Below, in pieces: positions 9,876-20,609 of a stretch of 64,000 nt of DNA. The stretch covers positions 33,324 through 97,323 of the forward strand of contig CAMQBR010000001.1 in assembly GCA_946999045.1 (NCBI GenBank). The letters run 5' to 3'. Under the pieces are notes generated by a model. The model saw nothing but the letters and a program-made list of their open reading frames with translations. It had not been told where the DNA came from and searched no databases. How positions within the stretch are numbered: the stretch's first letter is position 1; each line of letters begins with the position of its first letter. Both the position numbers and the translations under genes were made by a program. The stretch is from an uncultured Prevotella sp. GTDB lineage: Bacteria > Bacteroidota > Bacteroidia > Bacteroidales > Bacteroidaceae.

Positions 9876-10834
9876 TAACATTAGCTACAGTATCGCCTTG
9901 TTACAACGAGGAAGATGTGTTAGAGACATCGGTTAATAGGCTTACTAACCTTTTTAACACTATGATAGCTCAAGGCCGTATTAGTGAAAAGAGCGTAATA
10001 GTTTTTGTTAACGATGGAAGCAAAGACCATACTTGGGAACTCATTTGCAAGTTGCAAAAGACCAATAAGTTTGTACGAGGTATCAATTTGTCAAGCAACG
10101 TAGGACACCAAAACGCTATTATGGCTGGTATGATGACGGCTCGCACTTGGGCAGATGCTGTGGTTACGATTGACGCTGACTTACAAGATGACTTAAAAGC
10201 TATCCCTAAAATGGTAGATGAGTATACTAATAATCATTGTGAGGTGGTGTATGGGGTAAAGATTTCACGACAAGCTGATCCGCTGTTGAAGCGTATGTCG
10301 GCTGTTGCTTTTTACCGATTACAAGAAAAATTGGGTGTAAAGAGTGTATTTAATCATGCAGATTTCAGACTGATGAGTAGGAAGGCACTTAATATCTTGT
10401 CTACGTACCATGAATGCAACTTATATCTAAGAGGACTAATACCAATGTTGGGCTTGCCATCGGCAACGGTTAATGAAGAAATTAGTGATAGACAGGCTGG
10501 TTCGTCTAAGTACACATTGCGCAAAATGCTCAACCTTGCACTCAACGGCATTACCTCGTTTACGGTTCATCCTATATATATGATTGTGTATTTAGGTTTA
10601 TTCTTTATTTTTCTCAGTATCTGTATAGGTATTTATGTTGTCCATGCCTTGGTTATAGGAACAGCTTATCCTGGTTGGGCTTCTATCATGATGAGTATTT
10701 GGCTGGTAGGAGGATTTATCCTTTTATCTATTGGCATTGTAGGTATTTATGTGGGAAAAATTTACACAGAGGTAAAGAATAGACCGCTTTATCATATCAC
10801 CGAAATTATTGGCGATGATGATCAAAAAAATTAA
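9872..10834 (+). CDS. GT2 polyprenyl-phosphate glycosyltransferase (ArnC/GtrB/LgmA-like) with two C-terminal TM helices
   Basis: SPCYNEEDVL…VFVNDGSKD…TIDADLQDD (DxD). C-terminal TM pair. ATGA start/stop overlap with the upstream deacetylase gene. Confidence 0.8.
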   Translation: MITLATVSPCYNEEDVLETSVNRLTNLFNTMIAQGRISEKSVIVFVNDGSKDHTWELICKLQKTNKFVRGINLSSNVGHQNAIMAGMMTARTWADAVVTIDADLQDDLKAIPKMVDEYTNNHCEVVYGVKISRQADPLLKRMSAVAFYRLQEKLGVKSVFNHADFRLMSRKALNILSTYHECNLYLRGLIPMLGLPSATVNEEISDRQAGSSKYTLRKMLNLALNGITSFTVHPIYMIVYLGLFFIFLSICIGIYVVHALVIGTAYPGWASIMMSIWLVGGFILLSIGIVGIYVGKIYTEVKNRPLYHITEIIGDDDQKN

Positions 10835-11237
10835 ATTGTACTGGCAATCCCATCCTTCCGTGCAAGCAGATATATGGCGAATTGTACGTTTTGGTATAGT
10901 GGGAACGGTTTGTTCGCTCATTCACTATGGCATTTATTGTATGTGTGTACTCATGAGCAATGCCAATATAGCTTATACGATAGGCTATATTGTAGGATTG
11001 GTATGTAATTATGTGCTTACTACGTATTTTACATTCAATAAAAAGCCCACAAAGCTCAATGCAGCTGGCTTTGTGGGGAGTCATATTATTAATTATTTAA
11101 TGGAGATAGGCTTACTCAACTTATTACTTTGGTTAGACATTAGCAAGTGGTTGTCGCCCATATTGGTGATGATTATAGCTGTTCCTATTAACTTTTTAAT
11201 GCTGCATTTTGTGTATTTACATAAGAAAAACAGATGA
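10809..11237 (+). CDS. GtrA-family small membrane protein (lipid-linked sugar translocation)
   Basis: 142 aa, 4 TM. RFGIVGTVCSLIHYGIY is typical of GtrA. Overlaps the GT2 gene end. Confidence 0.65.
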   Translation: MAMMIKKIKLYWQSHPSVQADIWRIVRFGIVGTVCSLIHYGIYCMCVLMSNANIAYTIGYIVGLVCNYVLTTYFTFNKKPTKLNAAGFVGSHIINYLMEIGLLNLLLWLDISKWLSPILVMIIAVPINFLMLHFVYLHKKNR

Positions 11238-11402
11238 TAAGAGTTTTTATTGTTAATAGGTTACGTATATTGGTATATAATATCATAACTATCTTATAAT
11301 AAAATAACAATATAACAACATTTTCAAAAAATATATATGTATAAGCTTGTGAGCTTTATAAGTTTGCAAATTGACGAGTTGTTATTTCTATCAGTAAAAT
11401 GA

Positions 11403-12593
11403 CTAATTATAAAGTTTAAGACTCAATGTATGATAATCTTTTACCATCATCTCATAACATAGTTTGAGCCAAACCAATGTACAAGGCAGAGCTTTGAGGG
11501 CGTATGCCTGAATAAGTCCCTTACGAATACATGACGGATAGAGGTCGGAAGAACCAAAACCTGATATTAATAATACCAATACCATAAGTGCTACATCCCA
11601 CTTATTGCGCTGCCATGAAGCAGAAAAGTACCAAATACACGTACCACTAATGCCTATAATATATGAACTACTCTCACTGCCTGTACTGAAAAGTACTACA
11701 AACAGCAGCACTGATGCAAGAATGTTTTGGCGGAATAAAGTATTTTTGTATTGAGAAATACGTAAGTAAGGAATAAAGAACAATATCAAGGCTGGTACTA
11801 TGAGCCATAAGTCGGAATAAGAAAAATTACCTGTAATATGTCTTACCATACCTAAAGCTGACACATTTTGCATCACCGACTCAATGTTTTCCTGATTTTT
11901 TTCTAACAACGTAACATACCATTCGTGGTATTGTCCTATTACATAATCGGCACTGCTGATAATCATAGGAGCGGTAAACAATACAACTGACCAGAACAAT
12001 AGTGATAAAAAAAATCGCCCTTTGTGTTTAGAAAAGAAGAAAAAGGCTAAACCTACTACACCATATAGTTTGACAAATGTTCCTAATATGATAAGGAAAG
12101 CTGCCCAAAAGTCACATTCTTTATCTATTAAGAAATACGAAGCTATAACAAAAGCGGCAATGGCTATATTGAATTGTTGCATAAACAGCGACGTTAGAAG
12201 GGTCTCTGCACAAAACCAATAGATAAATATTTGCTGCCTACAAGATAGTTTCGACTTGCTTACTGCTACGTACAATATCAGCGATAGTGCCACATTCCAA
12301 AACAACATACCTAACCATATGGGCATCACAGCAAAGGGAGCAACAACCAAGGAGAATACTGGTCCGTAATGGTTAACATCAAAATACTCATTAGGATAGG
12401 CTCCATATAAAGATGTTTGGTTAACGGTATGCCAAAAAACGCCACGAAAAATCAAGTAATTGTTATTACGGTGCAACTTTAATAGTGTGGCAATAATGGG
12501 TAAAAGAGTCCACAATCCTAACAAGGTTCGTTTATCACGAAAGAATGGTTTACTAAAAAAAATAGTACACTTGGTTTGTATTTGATTTATCAT
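11403..12593 (-). CDS. Polytopic membrane protein, putative GT-C-type glycosyltransferase (DUF2029/GT87-like)
   Basis: 396 aa, about 10 TM helices and a periplasmic loop with aromatic residues. Divergently transcribed from the eptA-like gene. Confidence 0.4.
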   Translation of the reverse strand: MINQIQTKCTIFFSKPFFRDKRTLLGLWTLLPIIATLLKLHRNNNYLIFRGVFWHTVNQTSLYGAYPNEYFDVNHYGPVFSLVVAPFAVMPIWLGMLFWNVALSLILYVAVSKSKLSCRQQIFIYWFCAETLLTSLFMQQFNIAIAAFVIASYFLIDKECDFWAAFLIILGTFVKLYGVVGLAFFFFSKHKGRFFLSLLFWSVVLFTAPMIISSADYVIGQYHEWYVTLLEKNQENIESVMQNVSALGMVRHITGNFSYSDLWLIVPALILFFIPYLRISQYKNTLFRQNILASVLLFVVLFSTGSESSSYIIGISGTCIWYFSASWQRNKWDVALMVLVLLISGFGSSDLYPSCIRKGLIQAYALKALPCTLVWLKLCYEMMVKDYHTLSLKLYN

Positions 12594-12712
12594 ACTCTAT
12601 TATCTTCATCATTTATAAGTGCCACAAAATTAGGAAAATAATTGCACAAGTGCGATAAGTTATGTAAAAAATATATAACTTTGCACAATCAACAAAAAAA
12701 AATCTACATTTA

Positions 12713-14416
12713 ATGTATTTAGAAAATAAGGATGTTGTTTCACCAAACTGGAAACAAAAGGTATGGTATGCTATTGTGAATTTTACCCAACAACATTTTC
12801 TTTTCATCGCTTTTATGTTGTTAGTTAATGTTCCGTACTTATATGTAATTTTCTCATTTGGTAAAGGCATACACCATTTTATGTATATGTGCTTTTTTAT
12901 GGTATGTCTAACATGTATTATCAAACTGATATCTAATGAGAAGATAAGGCTCACTGTGCAACGTATTATTGCCTTCTTATCGTTTTTATTACTGCTTGTT
13001 TCGCTATATTTTCTTTATTTCTACCACGGTTTACCCGATGGAGCTATCTTTGAAATACTATTGGCTACCAACCATCATGAGGCTACTGAATACTTACAGG
13101 CACATTTGCTCAACTTCCGACTTTATATAAGTATACTGGTTGTAGGGTTTGTTTTATTAGCTTGTTTTTTAGGTATTCTTAAATTACAGCGCAAGCGTTC
13201 TGTTATATTATTTACCAGTGTACTACTTATTTTTGCATGTATTTTTACCATGGTCAATATAATAAAAGATATAATAAAGGGCAAAGATAATACAGAATAC
13301 AGACTATTACATAATTGTTGTTCACTGGTTTCTGCCGTTACTTATACGTGTGATGCGATAAATAACATGAAGAAGCTAAAAAATATAGAAAAATATGGTA
13401 ACAAACATCCTCAATTATTAGAGAATAAAAGCACTATACCATACGTTGTATATATTGTGGGCGAATCTACATCTCGTCATCATACAAGTCTTTATGGCTA
13501 TCATCTTAACACCACACCTTATTTATGTGCACTCGAAAAGTCGGGTAATTTGGTAAAGTTTACAGATGTTATTAGTCCTAATGGTCAAACAATGGAGGTG
13601 CTTGGCAAGCTCTTTACCTTTTACAGACAAGGTGCCAAAGGTAATTGGTACGAGTATACTGACCTGTTTAGTATACTCAACATCGCAGGATATTACACTA
13701 CTTGGCTCTCCAACCAAGAGTATTCTGGCATCTATGGCAATAATGGAAGGTTCTATGCCGAGCGTTGTAAATCATTTTCATTCTCAACAATAAGGGAGTC
13801 TGACAGTTATATTGAAGCAAAATATGATGAATGTTTATTGCCTTTATTATCCCAAACCTTAAAGCATCCCAAGGCAAAGAACTTTATTGTATTGCACCTT
13901 ATGGGGACACATCAAGAATACAAAAAGCGTTATCCTAAAACGTTTAAGGCTTTTAGTGCAAATGTTGAACAGGGCGATAACGAAAAAATAAAACAGACAA
14001 AGGCTTACTATGATACAGCTGTACGATACAACGACAGTATTGTTAACGCTATTATCAATCAATTTAAGGATAAAAACGCATTGGTTATTTACACTTCAGA
14101 TCATGGAGAAGATGTAATGGAAATAAATAAAAAAGTGGCAGACCACGGTGATATTGATATTAATAACAACAAAGTGGAGATACCAATGGTGGTGTATATG
14201 TCTCCAAAATTCCAACAAAGTTATCCAAAATTGGTAACTCGTATCAAACAATCGGTTCATCGTCCGTTTATGACAGATGATATGATACACAGCATTCTTG
14301 ACCTTATGGAAATACGTACCAAGGAATATAATCCTACTTTTAGCATTTTTAATTCAAAATATAATGCAAAGAGAATAAGAATATGTGCATCCAAACGATA
14401 CCCAATAAAACCATAA
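12713..14416 (+). CDS. Phosphoethanolamine transferase (EptA/sulfatase family)
   Basis: 5 N-terminal TM helices plus a sulfatase domain (ESTSRHH…LHLMGTHQEY…YTSDHGE). Confidence 0.75.
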   Translation: MYLENKDVVSPNWKQKVWYAIVNFTQQHFLFIAFMLLVNVPYLYVIFSFGKGIHHFMYMCFFMVCLTCIIKLISNEKIRLTVQRIIAFLSFLLLLVSLYFLYFYHGLPDGAIFEILLATNHHEATEYLQAHLLNFRLYISILVVGFVLLACFLGILKLQRKRSVILFTSVLLIFACIFTMVNIIKDIIKGKDNTEYRLLHNCCSLVSAVTYTCDAINNMKKLKNIEKYGNKHPQLLENKSTIPYVVYIVGESTSRHHTSLYGYHLNTTPYLCALEKSGNLVKFTDVISPNGQTMEVLGKLFTFYRQGAKGNWYEYTDLFSILNIAGYYTTWLSNQEYSGIYGNNGRFYAERCKSFSFSTIRESDSYIEAKYDECLLPLLSQTLKHPKAKNFIVLHLMGTHQEYKKRYPKTFKAFSANVEQGDNEKIKQTKAYYDTAVRYNDSIVNAIINQFKDKNALVIYTSDHGEDVMEINKKVADHGDIDINNNKVEIPMVVYMSPKFQQSYPKLVTRIKQSVHRPFMTDDMIHSILDLMEIRTKEYNPTFSIFNSKYNAKRIRICASKRYPIKP

Positions 14417-14440
14417 GAATAAGGTAAATATACCCTATAA

Positions 14441-15442
14441 TTACTTGTTAGTTATCTTAAAATACTTCTCTAAGACTAACAGAGATATAAGGCGTTCACG
14501 ACGCTGATTCATAAATTGTGCTACAAATTGATGGGCATGTTCTATAATAGCTTCGGCATCTTTGGGATGTTCTATGTAATAATGTAGCTGTTGAGACAAA
14601 TCGGAAAAGTTGGGCTTAATAGCAATATAATGGTAATTAGGAATAAGTTTACCCTCCATAAACCATGTTTCATAGGTAGGAGGTGGCATCACTGCAACCG
14701 AATTGGACGACATAATCCACTTCAAATTACTGGCAACATCATTACCTTCTAACGCCATAATAAACTTATAATCTAAATGCTGGCGAATGCTTAACTTTGT
14801 TGTATACCACTCAGTAAACTGCTTATCCACTACTCCAGCATCCACTAAAGGATGCTGAAAATACTTTTGCATAAAGTATAAGCGATTTAATTTAAGGTTA
14901 TTTCCTGCTTTTTGTCCTATCTCTCCCCTAAAAATAACCATATTCTTTTTATCTCGAAATTTTTTTTTGTCATGCGTAAAAATAAAATGGCGCACACGAT
15001 CTAATTTCATTATCACAGAATTTTGATTATCTCCAGCAATGGGACGGCTCTTTACTATTGTTGGTAAAGTGGGGATAGTGATTACATCTCCAGCCTCTAC
15101 TATCCATTTGTTACATAGCGGAAAGGCTTTGGCATAGCGATAAGAATCAAGATAATATACCTTTGGGTGCATAATACGTTGCTCACAAAGCATGGTAGAC
15201 TGGATGTTAAATGCTGTATCATCTATATCTGTTTTATTAGATAATCTATTATAATAATTTACCCTTTCTTTAATATATGCTTTATCCTTTCGCTTGGTAA
15301 AAGCTCGTTTATCTCTCTGCCACAACCACTTTAATATAAAATGTGGTATATTTATTTGTATGTATGACACAAGATAATACGACCATTTAGCGTTCTTATC
15401 ACTTTTTAAAAAGTATTTTATTTGATACAGAAAGTTTTTCAC
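14441..15442 (-). CDS. Putative LPS-modifying glycosyltransferase (GT90/CAP10-like)
   Basis: 333 aa soluble protein in an LPS gene string; 4-bp overlap with the upstream GT2. Family assignment is from memory of CAP10-type proteins and is weak. Confidence 0.3.
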   Translation of the reverse strand: MKNFLYQIKYFLKSDKNAKWSYYLVSYIQINIPHFILKWLWQRDKRAFTKRKDKAYIKERVNYYNRLSNKTDIDDTAFNIQSTMLCEQRIMHPKVYYLDSYRYAKAFPLCNKWIVEAGDVITIPTLPTIVKSRPIAGDNQNSVIMKLDRVRHFIFTHDKKKFRDKKNMVIFRGEIGQKAGNNLKLNRLYFMQKYFQHPLVDAGVVDKQFTEWYTTKLSIRQHLDYKFIMALEGNDVASNLKWIMSSNSVAVMPPPTYETWFMEGKLIPNYHYIAIKPNFSDLSQQLHYYIEHPKDAEAIIEHAHQFVAQFMNQRRERLISLLVLEKYFKITNK

Positions 15443-16248
15443 TCGTATTGATATTTATCTAATCCATTGGTACACCATGATTTTTTTTCTCTCTGTGTAC
15501 GTTCTAATTCTTTGTAATTGCTTTTTGCATTCTCACGAGATGCTACTGAATGTAACAAATGGTATTCTACTCCACCAAATTTCAGACTACGTTTGTGCAC
15601 ACCAGCAAAATGCAATCTGTAAGCTAATTCGCTATCTTCGTATCCCCACTCTATAAAGTCTTCATTGAAACCATTTACCTTTATAAGATCCTTTCTCCAA
15701 TAAGCCATATTGCATCCACGAGCATGAGCTATATCTCGATCATACCTATCGGCTAAAAATTGACGAAGATAATGACAACGATATTTATTAAAAATATGTC
15801 CCAGAGATAAATCCCACAAAAATATTTTGAATTTTTGAGTCTTTAATATTTTTTCTGTAGTTTTCTTAGACAATAAAACTCTTGATCCACACACAAAACA
15901 ATTTGGTTGACAAATATCTAAATGATCACTAATAAAATAAGGAGATAGCACTACATCACCATCTATTTCAATGATATAATCGCCCTCCATTTCCGTAATG
16001 GCTTTATTAAGAATGATAGTTTTACGAAAACCTTTGTCCTCATGCCACACATGTTTGATGGGTACAGTACTTTCTTTTTTTAGTTTTTCTATCAGTTCTC
16101 GTGTGTCATTTTTTGAGCCATCATCCGCAATAGCTATCTCATAAGGTAGCACTGTTTGGGCAAAAATACTACGCAAACATAATGCTAATGCCTCTTTCCA
16201 ATTATAGGTAGAGACCAATATTGATACTTTTATTTGTGTCTTCTCCAT
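15439..16248 (-). CDS. Glycosyltransferase family 2 (LPS core-type)
   Basis: VSILVSTYNWKEALALCLRSIFAQT…IAIADDGSKNDT…EIDGD motifs. Confidence 0.75.
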   Translation of the reverse strand: MEKTQIKVSILVSTYNWKEALALCLRSIFAQTVLPYEIAIADDGSKNDTRELIEKLKKESTVPIKHVWHEDKGFRKTIILNKAITEMEGDYIIEIDGDVVLSPYFISDHLDICQPNCFVCGSRVLLSKKTTEKILKTQKFKIFLWDLSLGHIFNKYRCHYLRQFLADRYDRDIAHARGCNMAYWRKDLIKVNGFNEDFIEWGYEDSELAYRLHFAGVHKRSLKFGGVEYHLLHSVASRENAKSNYKELERTQREKKSWCTNGLDKYQYE

Positions 16249-16284
16249 TTACTTTTTTCTTGATTTCATAGCAGCAAATGCATA

Positions 16285-17445
16285 TTATCTACCTTGTTGC
16301 AATAATTGATTGTACACCTCTTCCACCTGTTCTGCAACATTTAAGTTTTCAAAACGTTGTACATATAGTTTGCTACGTTCTATCTTTTCAGCCCTATTGT
16401 CATTGCCTTTCAATATAGATATAATGGCTTGTGCCATAGCTTGTACATCATCTGGATGAACATACAGACTATCAGGACCGCCTGCTTCTTCTAAACAAGA
16501 ACCTGTGCAAGCCACTATGGGTAAACCACTCTGTATGGCTTCAATGATAGGAATACCAAAACCTTCATAGCGAGAGGGATAAACAAAGCATTCGGCTTGC
16601 TGATAAATGGCTGGTAATTCAGCATTACTCACACCATGAAAAATATGTATACGACTTTTCAGGGCATATGCTTTGGCATATTTTTCTATTTTATTTAGAT
16701 AAGGAGTAGCTCGACCTACTGCAACAAGTTCTATATCTGAAGGTAATTGTTGCAATGCTTTAACGGCTAATAGTAAGTTTTTACGCTCTTCTATTGAACC
16801 AACGTACAATATATAACGTTTTGGCAAATGATAAATAGCATCTACTCTCTGCTTTTCTTCATTGCTAACAAGCCGCTTAAAGTTCGTTCCACATGATTGA
16901 TAAATTACTTTTATTTTTTCTTCTGGATAATTAGAATATTCCAATATATCTTGTTTGGTACACTCACTAATAGCAATTATGCAATCGGCTTCTTTGCAAG
17001 TAGACAGGAATTTATGCTTATATAACCAAGCATCTATACAATGATAATATTCGGGATGACGAAGAAAGATAAGATCGTGTATGGTAACAACACTTTTTAT
17101 TCCACTTTCGTTGATGCCAACAGGTAATTCTCCCGATAGTCCATGATACACTTCTACCCCATCGTACAGCAGTTGTTTTACAATACCTCGATGTCTCCAA
17201 TAATCTTTTTGCCACCTAAATCGAAAGCCTTGTGGATAACAAAAATCTATATTCTCAGCCTCTCTTATCTGCTGTCTCAGTGCATCATTACCCTTATCAG
17301 GTGCATATAGTTGTAGTTTAAGATGCGCATTTACTTCTGATAGCGCATTTACAAGCGTTCTACCATAATTTCCCAATCCCGTATTGTTACTAACAATGCG
17401 CTTTGCATCAAAGCCAATAGTAGTTATACTTTTGGTATTTTCCAT
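16285..17445 (-). CDS. Glycosyltransferase family 4
   Basis: YPSRYEGFGIPIIEAIQSGLPIV (EX7E motif region). Confidence 0.8.
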   Translation of the reverse strand: MENTKSITTIGFDAKRIVSNNTGLGNYGRTLVNALSEVNAHLKLQLYAPDKGNDALRQQIREAENIDFCYPQGFRFRWQKDYWRHRGIVKQLLYDGVEVYHGLSGELPVGINESGIKSVVTIHDLIFLRHPEYYHCIDAWLYKHKFLSTCKEADCIIAISECTKQDILEYSNYPEEKIKVIYQSCGTNFKRLVSNEEKQRVDAIYHLPKRYILYVGSIEERKNLLLAVKALQQLPSDIELVAVGRATPYLNKIEKYAKAYALKSRIHIFHGVSNAELPAIYQQAECFVYPSRYEGFGIPIIEAIQSGLPIVACTGSCLEEAGGPDSLYVHPDDVQAMAQAIISILKGNDNRAEKIERSKLYVQRFENLNVAEQVEEVYNQLLQQGR

Positions 17446-17456
17446 TTATAAACAGG

Positions 17457-18437
17457 CTATTTTTGTTTTATCTTTTTATTTGTTTCCATGCTTTTGATTT
17501 GCTCTGAAAATCTTAAATTAAACTCTTCTCTTGTACGTTTCCAGCGATTATGACTCCATAACCATAAGGCAGGATCACGATGAATGGTTGCTTCTAACAA
17601 CTTAAAATATTGGTCTGTAATTTCCCATTCACTACATTTTTTTGGTTGAAGGGTTATAAGTTTTAACTCACATTTATAATATCCTCGCTTTATGCGATGC
17701 ATATCCCCATAAAAACAAGCCTCATCGGTTTTCTTTACAATACGCTCGGCACCTGTAAGTACAGGGGTATCATGATTTAAGAAGTTAACCCAATGGTGAA
17801 TATTGTGCCACAAAGGAACTTGATCGGCAATATATCCTACTACTACGGTTTTGCTTTGCTGTCTGAAACGCAATATCTTTCTTATGGATTCTTGCATGGG
17901 TATACATAAAGAATTATTGAGTTCTCGTACATCCTTAAACAACTTATCAAAATATTGATTTTCTAATGGATGATATAGCTGACAGCATTGGGTAGACGGT
18001 GTGAGCCAATAAGGCAACGAGGATACCCACTCCCAGTTGCAATAATGACCTAAATAGATAGCACACGACTGTCCACAACTCAATACTTCATTTATTTTTT
18101 CGATACCCACAAATCGCATTCTCTTTTTAAATTGCACTTCAGACATATTCATGAGCTTTATAGTTTCTACAATATAATCGCAAAACCAATGGTAAAACTC
18201 TTTCTCTATTTCCCTAATTTCCTTATTGCTTTTCTTTGGAAAACTGGTTGATAAGTTCTTAATAATAATAATATGACGATATTTTATAAAGTATACTAAA
18301 AGCAAATAGAGTATATCGGATAAACGGTATAACACCCATAAAGGTAGTAATGATAGTAAATACCAAATGGTATATACTAATATATATCCTATTTTCTGTA
18401 ATAACTTTTTCATTAAAATAATAAATGCATTCGGCAC
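17457..18437 (-). CDS. Lipid A late acyltransferase (LpxL/HtrB family)
   Basis: N-terminal TM anchor and LPLAT-type fold (…AIYLGHYCNWEW…). Sits within the LPS cluster. Confidence 0.6.
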   Translation of the reverse strand: MPNAFIILMKKLLQKIGYILVYTIWYLLSLLPLWVLYRLSDILYLLLVYFIKYRHIIIIKNLSTSFPKKSNKEIREIEKEFYHWFCDYIVETIKLMNMSEVQFKKRMRFVGIEKINEVLSCGQSCAIYLGHYCNWEWVSSLPYWLTPSTQCCQLYHPLENQYFDKLFKDVRELNNSLCIPMQESIRKILRFRQQSKTVVVGYIADQVPLWHNIHHWVNFLNHDTPVLTGAERIVKKTDEACFYGDMHRIKRGYYKCELKLITLQPKKCSEWEITDQYFKLLEATIHRDPALWLWSHNRWKRTREEFNLRFSEQIKSMETNKKIKQK

Positions 18438-18581
18438 AAAGTTAGCAAATTAGCCTTTATCTTGCAAGCATTTAAGGTTTTAGTTGTGAGTGTTTCGGCA
18501 GACAAAAACTGCAGACTGCAATATCTGTTCTCCCCACATAAAAAACTATGTCAGTTAACTCCCTATAACTCTCATCATACC

Positions 18582-20573
18582 TCATGGCAACATCTTATTA
18601 TTTACTATTCTGTACATATATTGGTAAATAATAGCTTTCAGCTCACGTTCCATTTTTACTTGCTGTTTTACTTTTCCTAAAAGGTTGTGTTTCATCAGTT
18701 TATCATCTAAACGATAAATAGCCTTAGTTTTTTTGCCATCAAATTGTAATACATAACCGTACTTACAATATTGGTAAATACCATTAAGATAATTCACAGC
18801 GTACGTCTCACCCATTGGAGTAGTCATCAGGTCGCAACCATAAGAGATAAAGGGTTTGTTATACCCCAATATGCTAAGTACGGTAGGTAATATATCTATT
18901 TGCTGAGCTATGCCCAGTTGCATACCTGGAGACACTTCACCTGAAGGGTCGAAGATAATGATAGGCGAACAAAAACCGCCAATATCTGTTTGGTATTGTT
19001 GGTGATCACTCATATTGGTATGGTCGCTTGTCATCACAAAAATAGTATTTTTGTACCATGGTTGCTTTTTAGCAGTTTCAAAGAACTTACCAATAGCCAT
19101 ATCGGTATAGCGTATACATTTGTGCATAACGATACCCTCTTCAGGAAAAACCTTTTTATATTTATCTGGAATGACATAAGGCGTATGACTGGTAACCGTA
19201 AAACAAGCCGTCATAAAAGGTTGCTTCATTTCACCTATCTTAGTTGCCCAGTACTGTAAAAACGGCTCATCCCATATACCCCAATGCCCATCAAAGTCGG
19301 CATCACCACCAAAACGTTTGTCCTCATCATAATCTTGCCTGCCGTAATAGTGCTGAAAACCAGTTTTATTGGCAAAAGCTAAAAATCCCATACTTCCCCT
19401 GTTAGCACCATGGAAGAAAGCTGTTTCATACCCTTCTTTTTCTAAAATACCAGCCATTCCTGTATAATTGTTCATGGAAGCTGGTGTTAAAACAAAGGGA
19501 GATATAAACATAGGGATGCCACACAATACAGATGGCATACCATCAATGCTCTTTCTGCCATTGCAAAAAGAATATTGATAAACTCTACTTTTAGCTATAA
19601 GTTTATCTACATTAGGTGTATATCCTTTGTATTTGCCACCGTCTAAATCTTTATTAAAAGCACCAATGTACTCTCGTCCAAAACTTTCAACAATAAGAAC
19701 TACTACATTTTTTTTACGAAATGGATGTGTAGGTTGCAGACAATGAACTGGTGAGAAAAACTTTTCGGCTTCCTTTAGATTAGAGAAATAGGTTGGAATT
19801 GTAAATACATCTTTACCAATGGTTCGCAAAAGAGCAAAAGGGGTATTTAATACCAAGGCACATTCGGTAGGTCGCTCAACATATTGATTGGCATTATTCA
19901 CCGTAATAGGTCGAATACCTGTACCCAAGCCGCCTCTGCATGCACCTATTATTAAAGGTGTAGTAAGCAATAATAATAACAGTTGCACCCCTACAAAGCT
20001 TAATTTACTCTTTATAGTAATATATTTTGTATAATGAGTACGAGGCATTACATAGAGCTTCCACATTAAAAAGATAACAAAAATAGCCAACAACAGCAAA
20101 TACCAATGTACTAAGAGTTCGCCCCAAATAACATCGGTCAAGTTAGTTTCATTACTAAATTCTCTAAATACACTGGTTGTAGTACGGCGAAGGGTATAAG
20201 GAAAATATACCGAATCGCATAAATTGATAATAAAAGCCAATGCATTAACTACTACAAACAACCATTTACAAAACAGATGATAGCCTTTGTGCTCTTTTAT
20301 CCACAAGGGAAAGAGCATAGCTACAATGTATAACATATTAGTATAAGCAATAGCAGATCTGTCAAATATGTATCCACCCCAATACATTGTGGCAAAATTA
20401 GACCACGTAAGATGTTCTGAGAAATAACTAAAATTCTCCAACAAAAATTCTGTTCGTGCAATAAAATACACTACAAATACCATGAACAAATTGATTATCA
20501 TAGCCACAAAGGGAGAAAGCATCTGTTTCAGTTCTTTATATTTTTCATTATCCATATCTTTTTCTATCTTCAT
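18582..20573 (-). CDS. LTA-synthase/sulfatase-family membrane protein (phosphoglycerol/phosphoethanolamine transferase-like)
   Basis: 663 aa. 5 N-terminal TM helices and a C-terminal alkaline-phosphatase-superfamily domain (…VMTSDHT…). Confidence 0.7.
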   Translation of the reverse strand: MKIEKDMDNEKYKELKQMLSPFVAMIINLFMVFVVYFIARTEFLLENFSYFSEHLTWSNFATMYWGGYIFDRSAIAYTNMLYIVAMLFPLWIKEHKGYHLFCKWLFVVVNALAFIINLCDSVYFPYTLRRTTTSVFREFSNETNLTDVIWGELLVHWYLLLLAIFVIFLMWKLYVMPRTHYTKYITIKSKLSFVGVQLLLLLLTTPLIIGACRGGLGTGIRPITVNNANQYVERPTECALVLNTPFALLRTIGKDVFTIPTYFSNLKEAEKFFSPVHCLQPTHPFRKKNVVVLIVESFGREYIGAFNKDLDGGKYKGYTPNVDKLIAKSRVYQYSFCNGRKSIDGMPSVLCGIPMFISPFVLTPASMNNYTGMAGILEKEGYETAFFHGANRGSMGFLAFANKTGFQHYYGRQDYDEDKRFGGDADFDGHWGIWDEPFLQYWATKIGEMKQPFMTACFTVTSHTPYVIPDKYKKVFPEEGIVMHKCIRYTDMAIGKFFETAKKQPWYKNTIFVMTSDHTNMSDHQQYQTDIGGFCSPIIIFDPSGEVSPGMQLGIAQQIDILPTVLSILGYNKPFISYGCDLMTTPMGETYAVNYLNGIYQYCKYGYVLQFDGKKTKAIYRLDDKLMKHNLLGKVKQQVKMERELKAIIYQYMYRIVNNKMLP

Positions 20574-20609
20574 ATATTTATACCTTTCACATCTTAACCT
20601 TTTATCATT

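Noticed and set aside
18462-18680. 72-aa ORF between the lpxL-like start and ltaS-like end
   Set aside because: Overlaps the 3' end of the ltaS-like gene antisense. No support.
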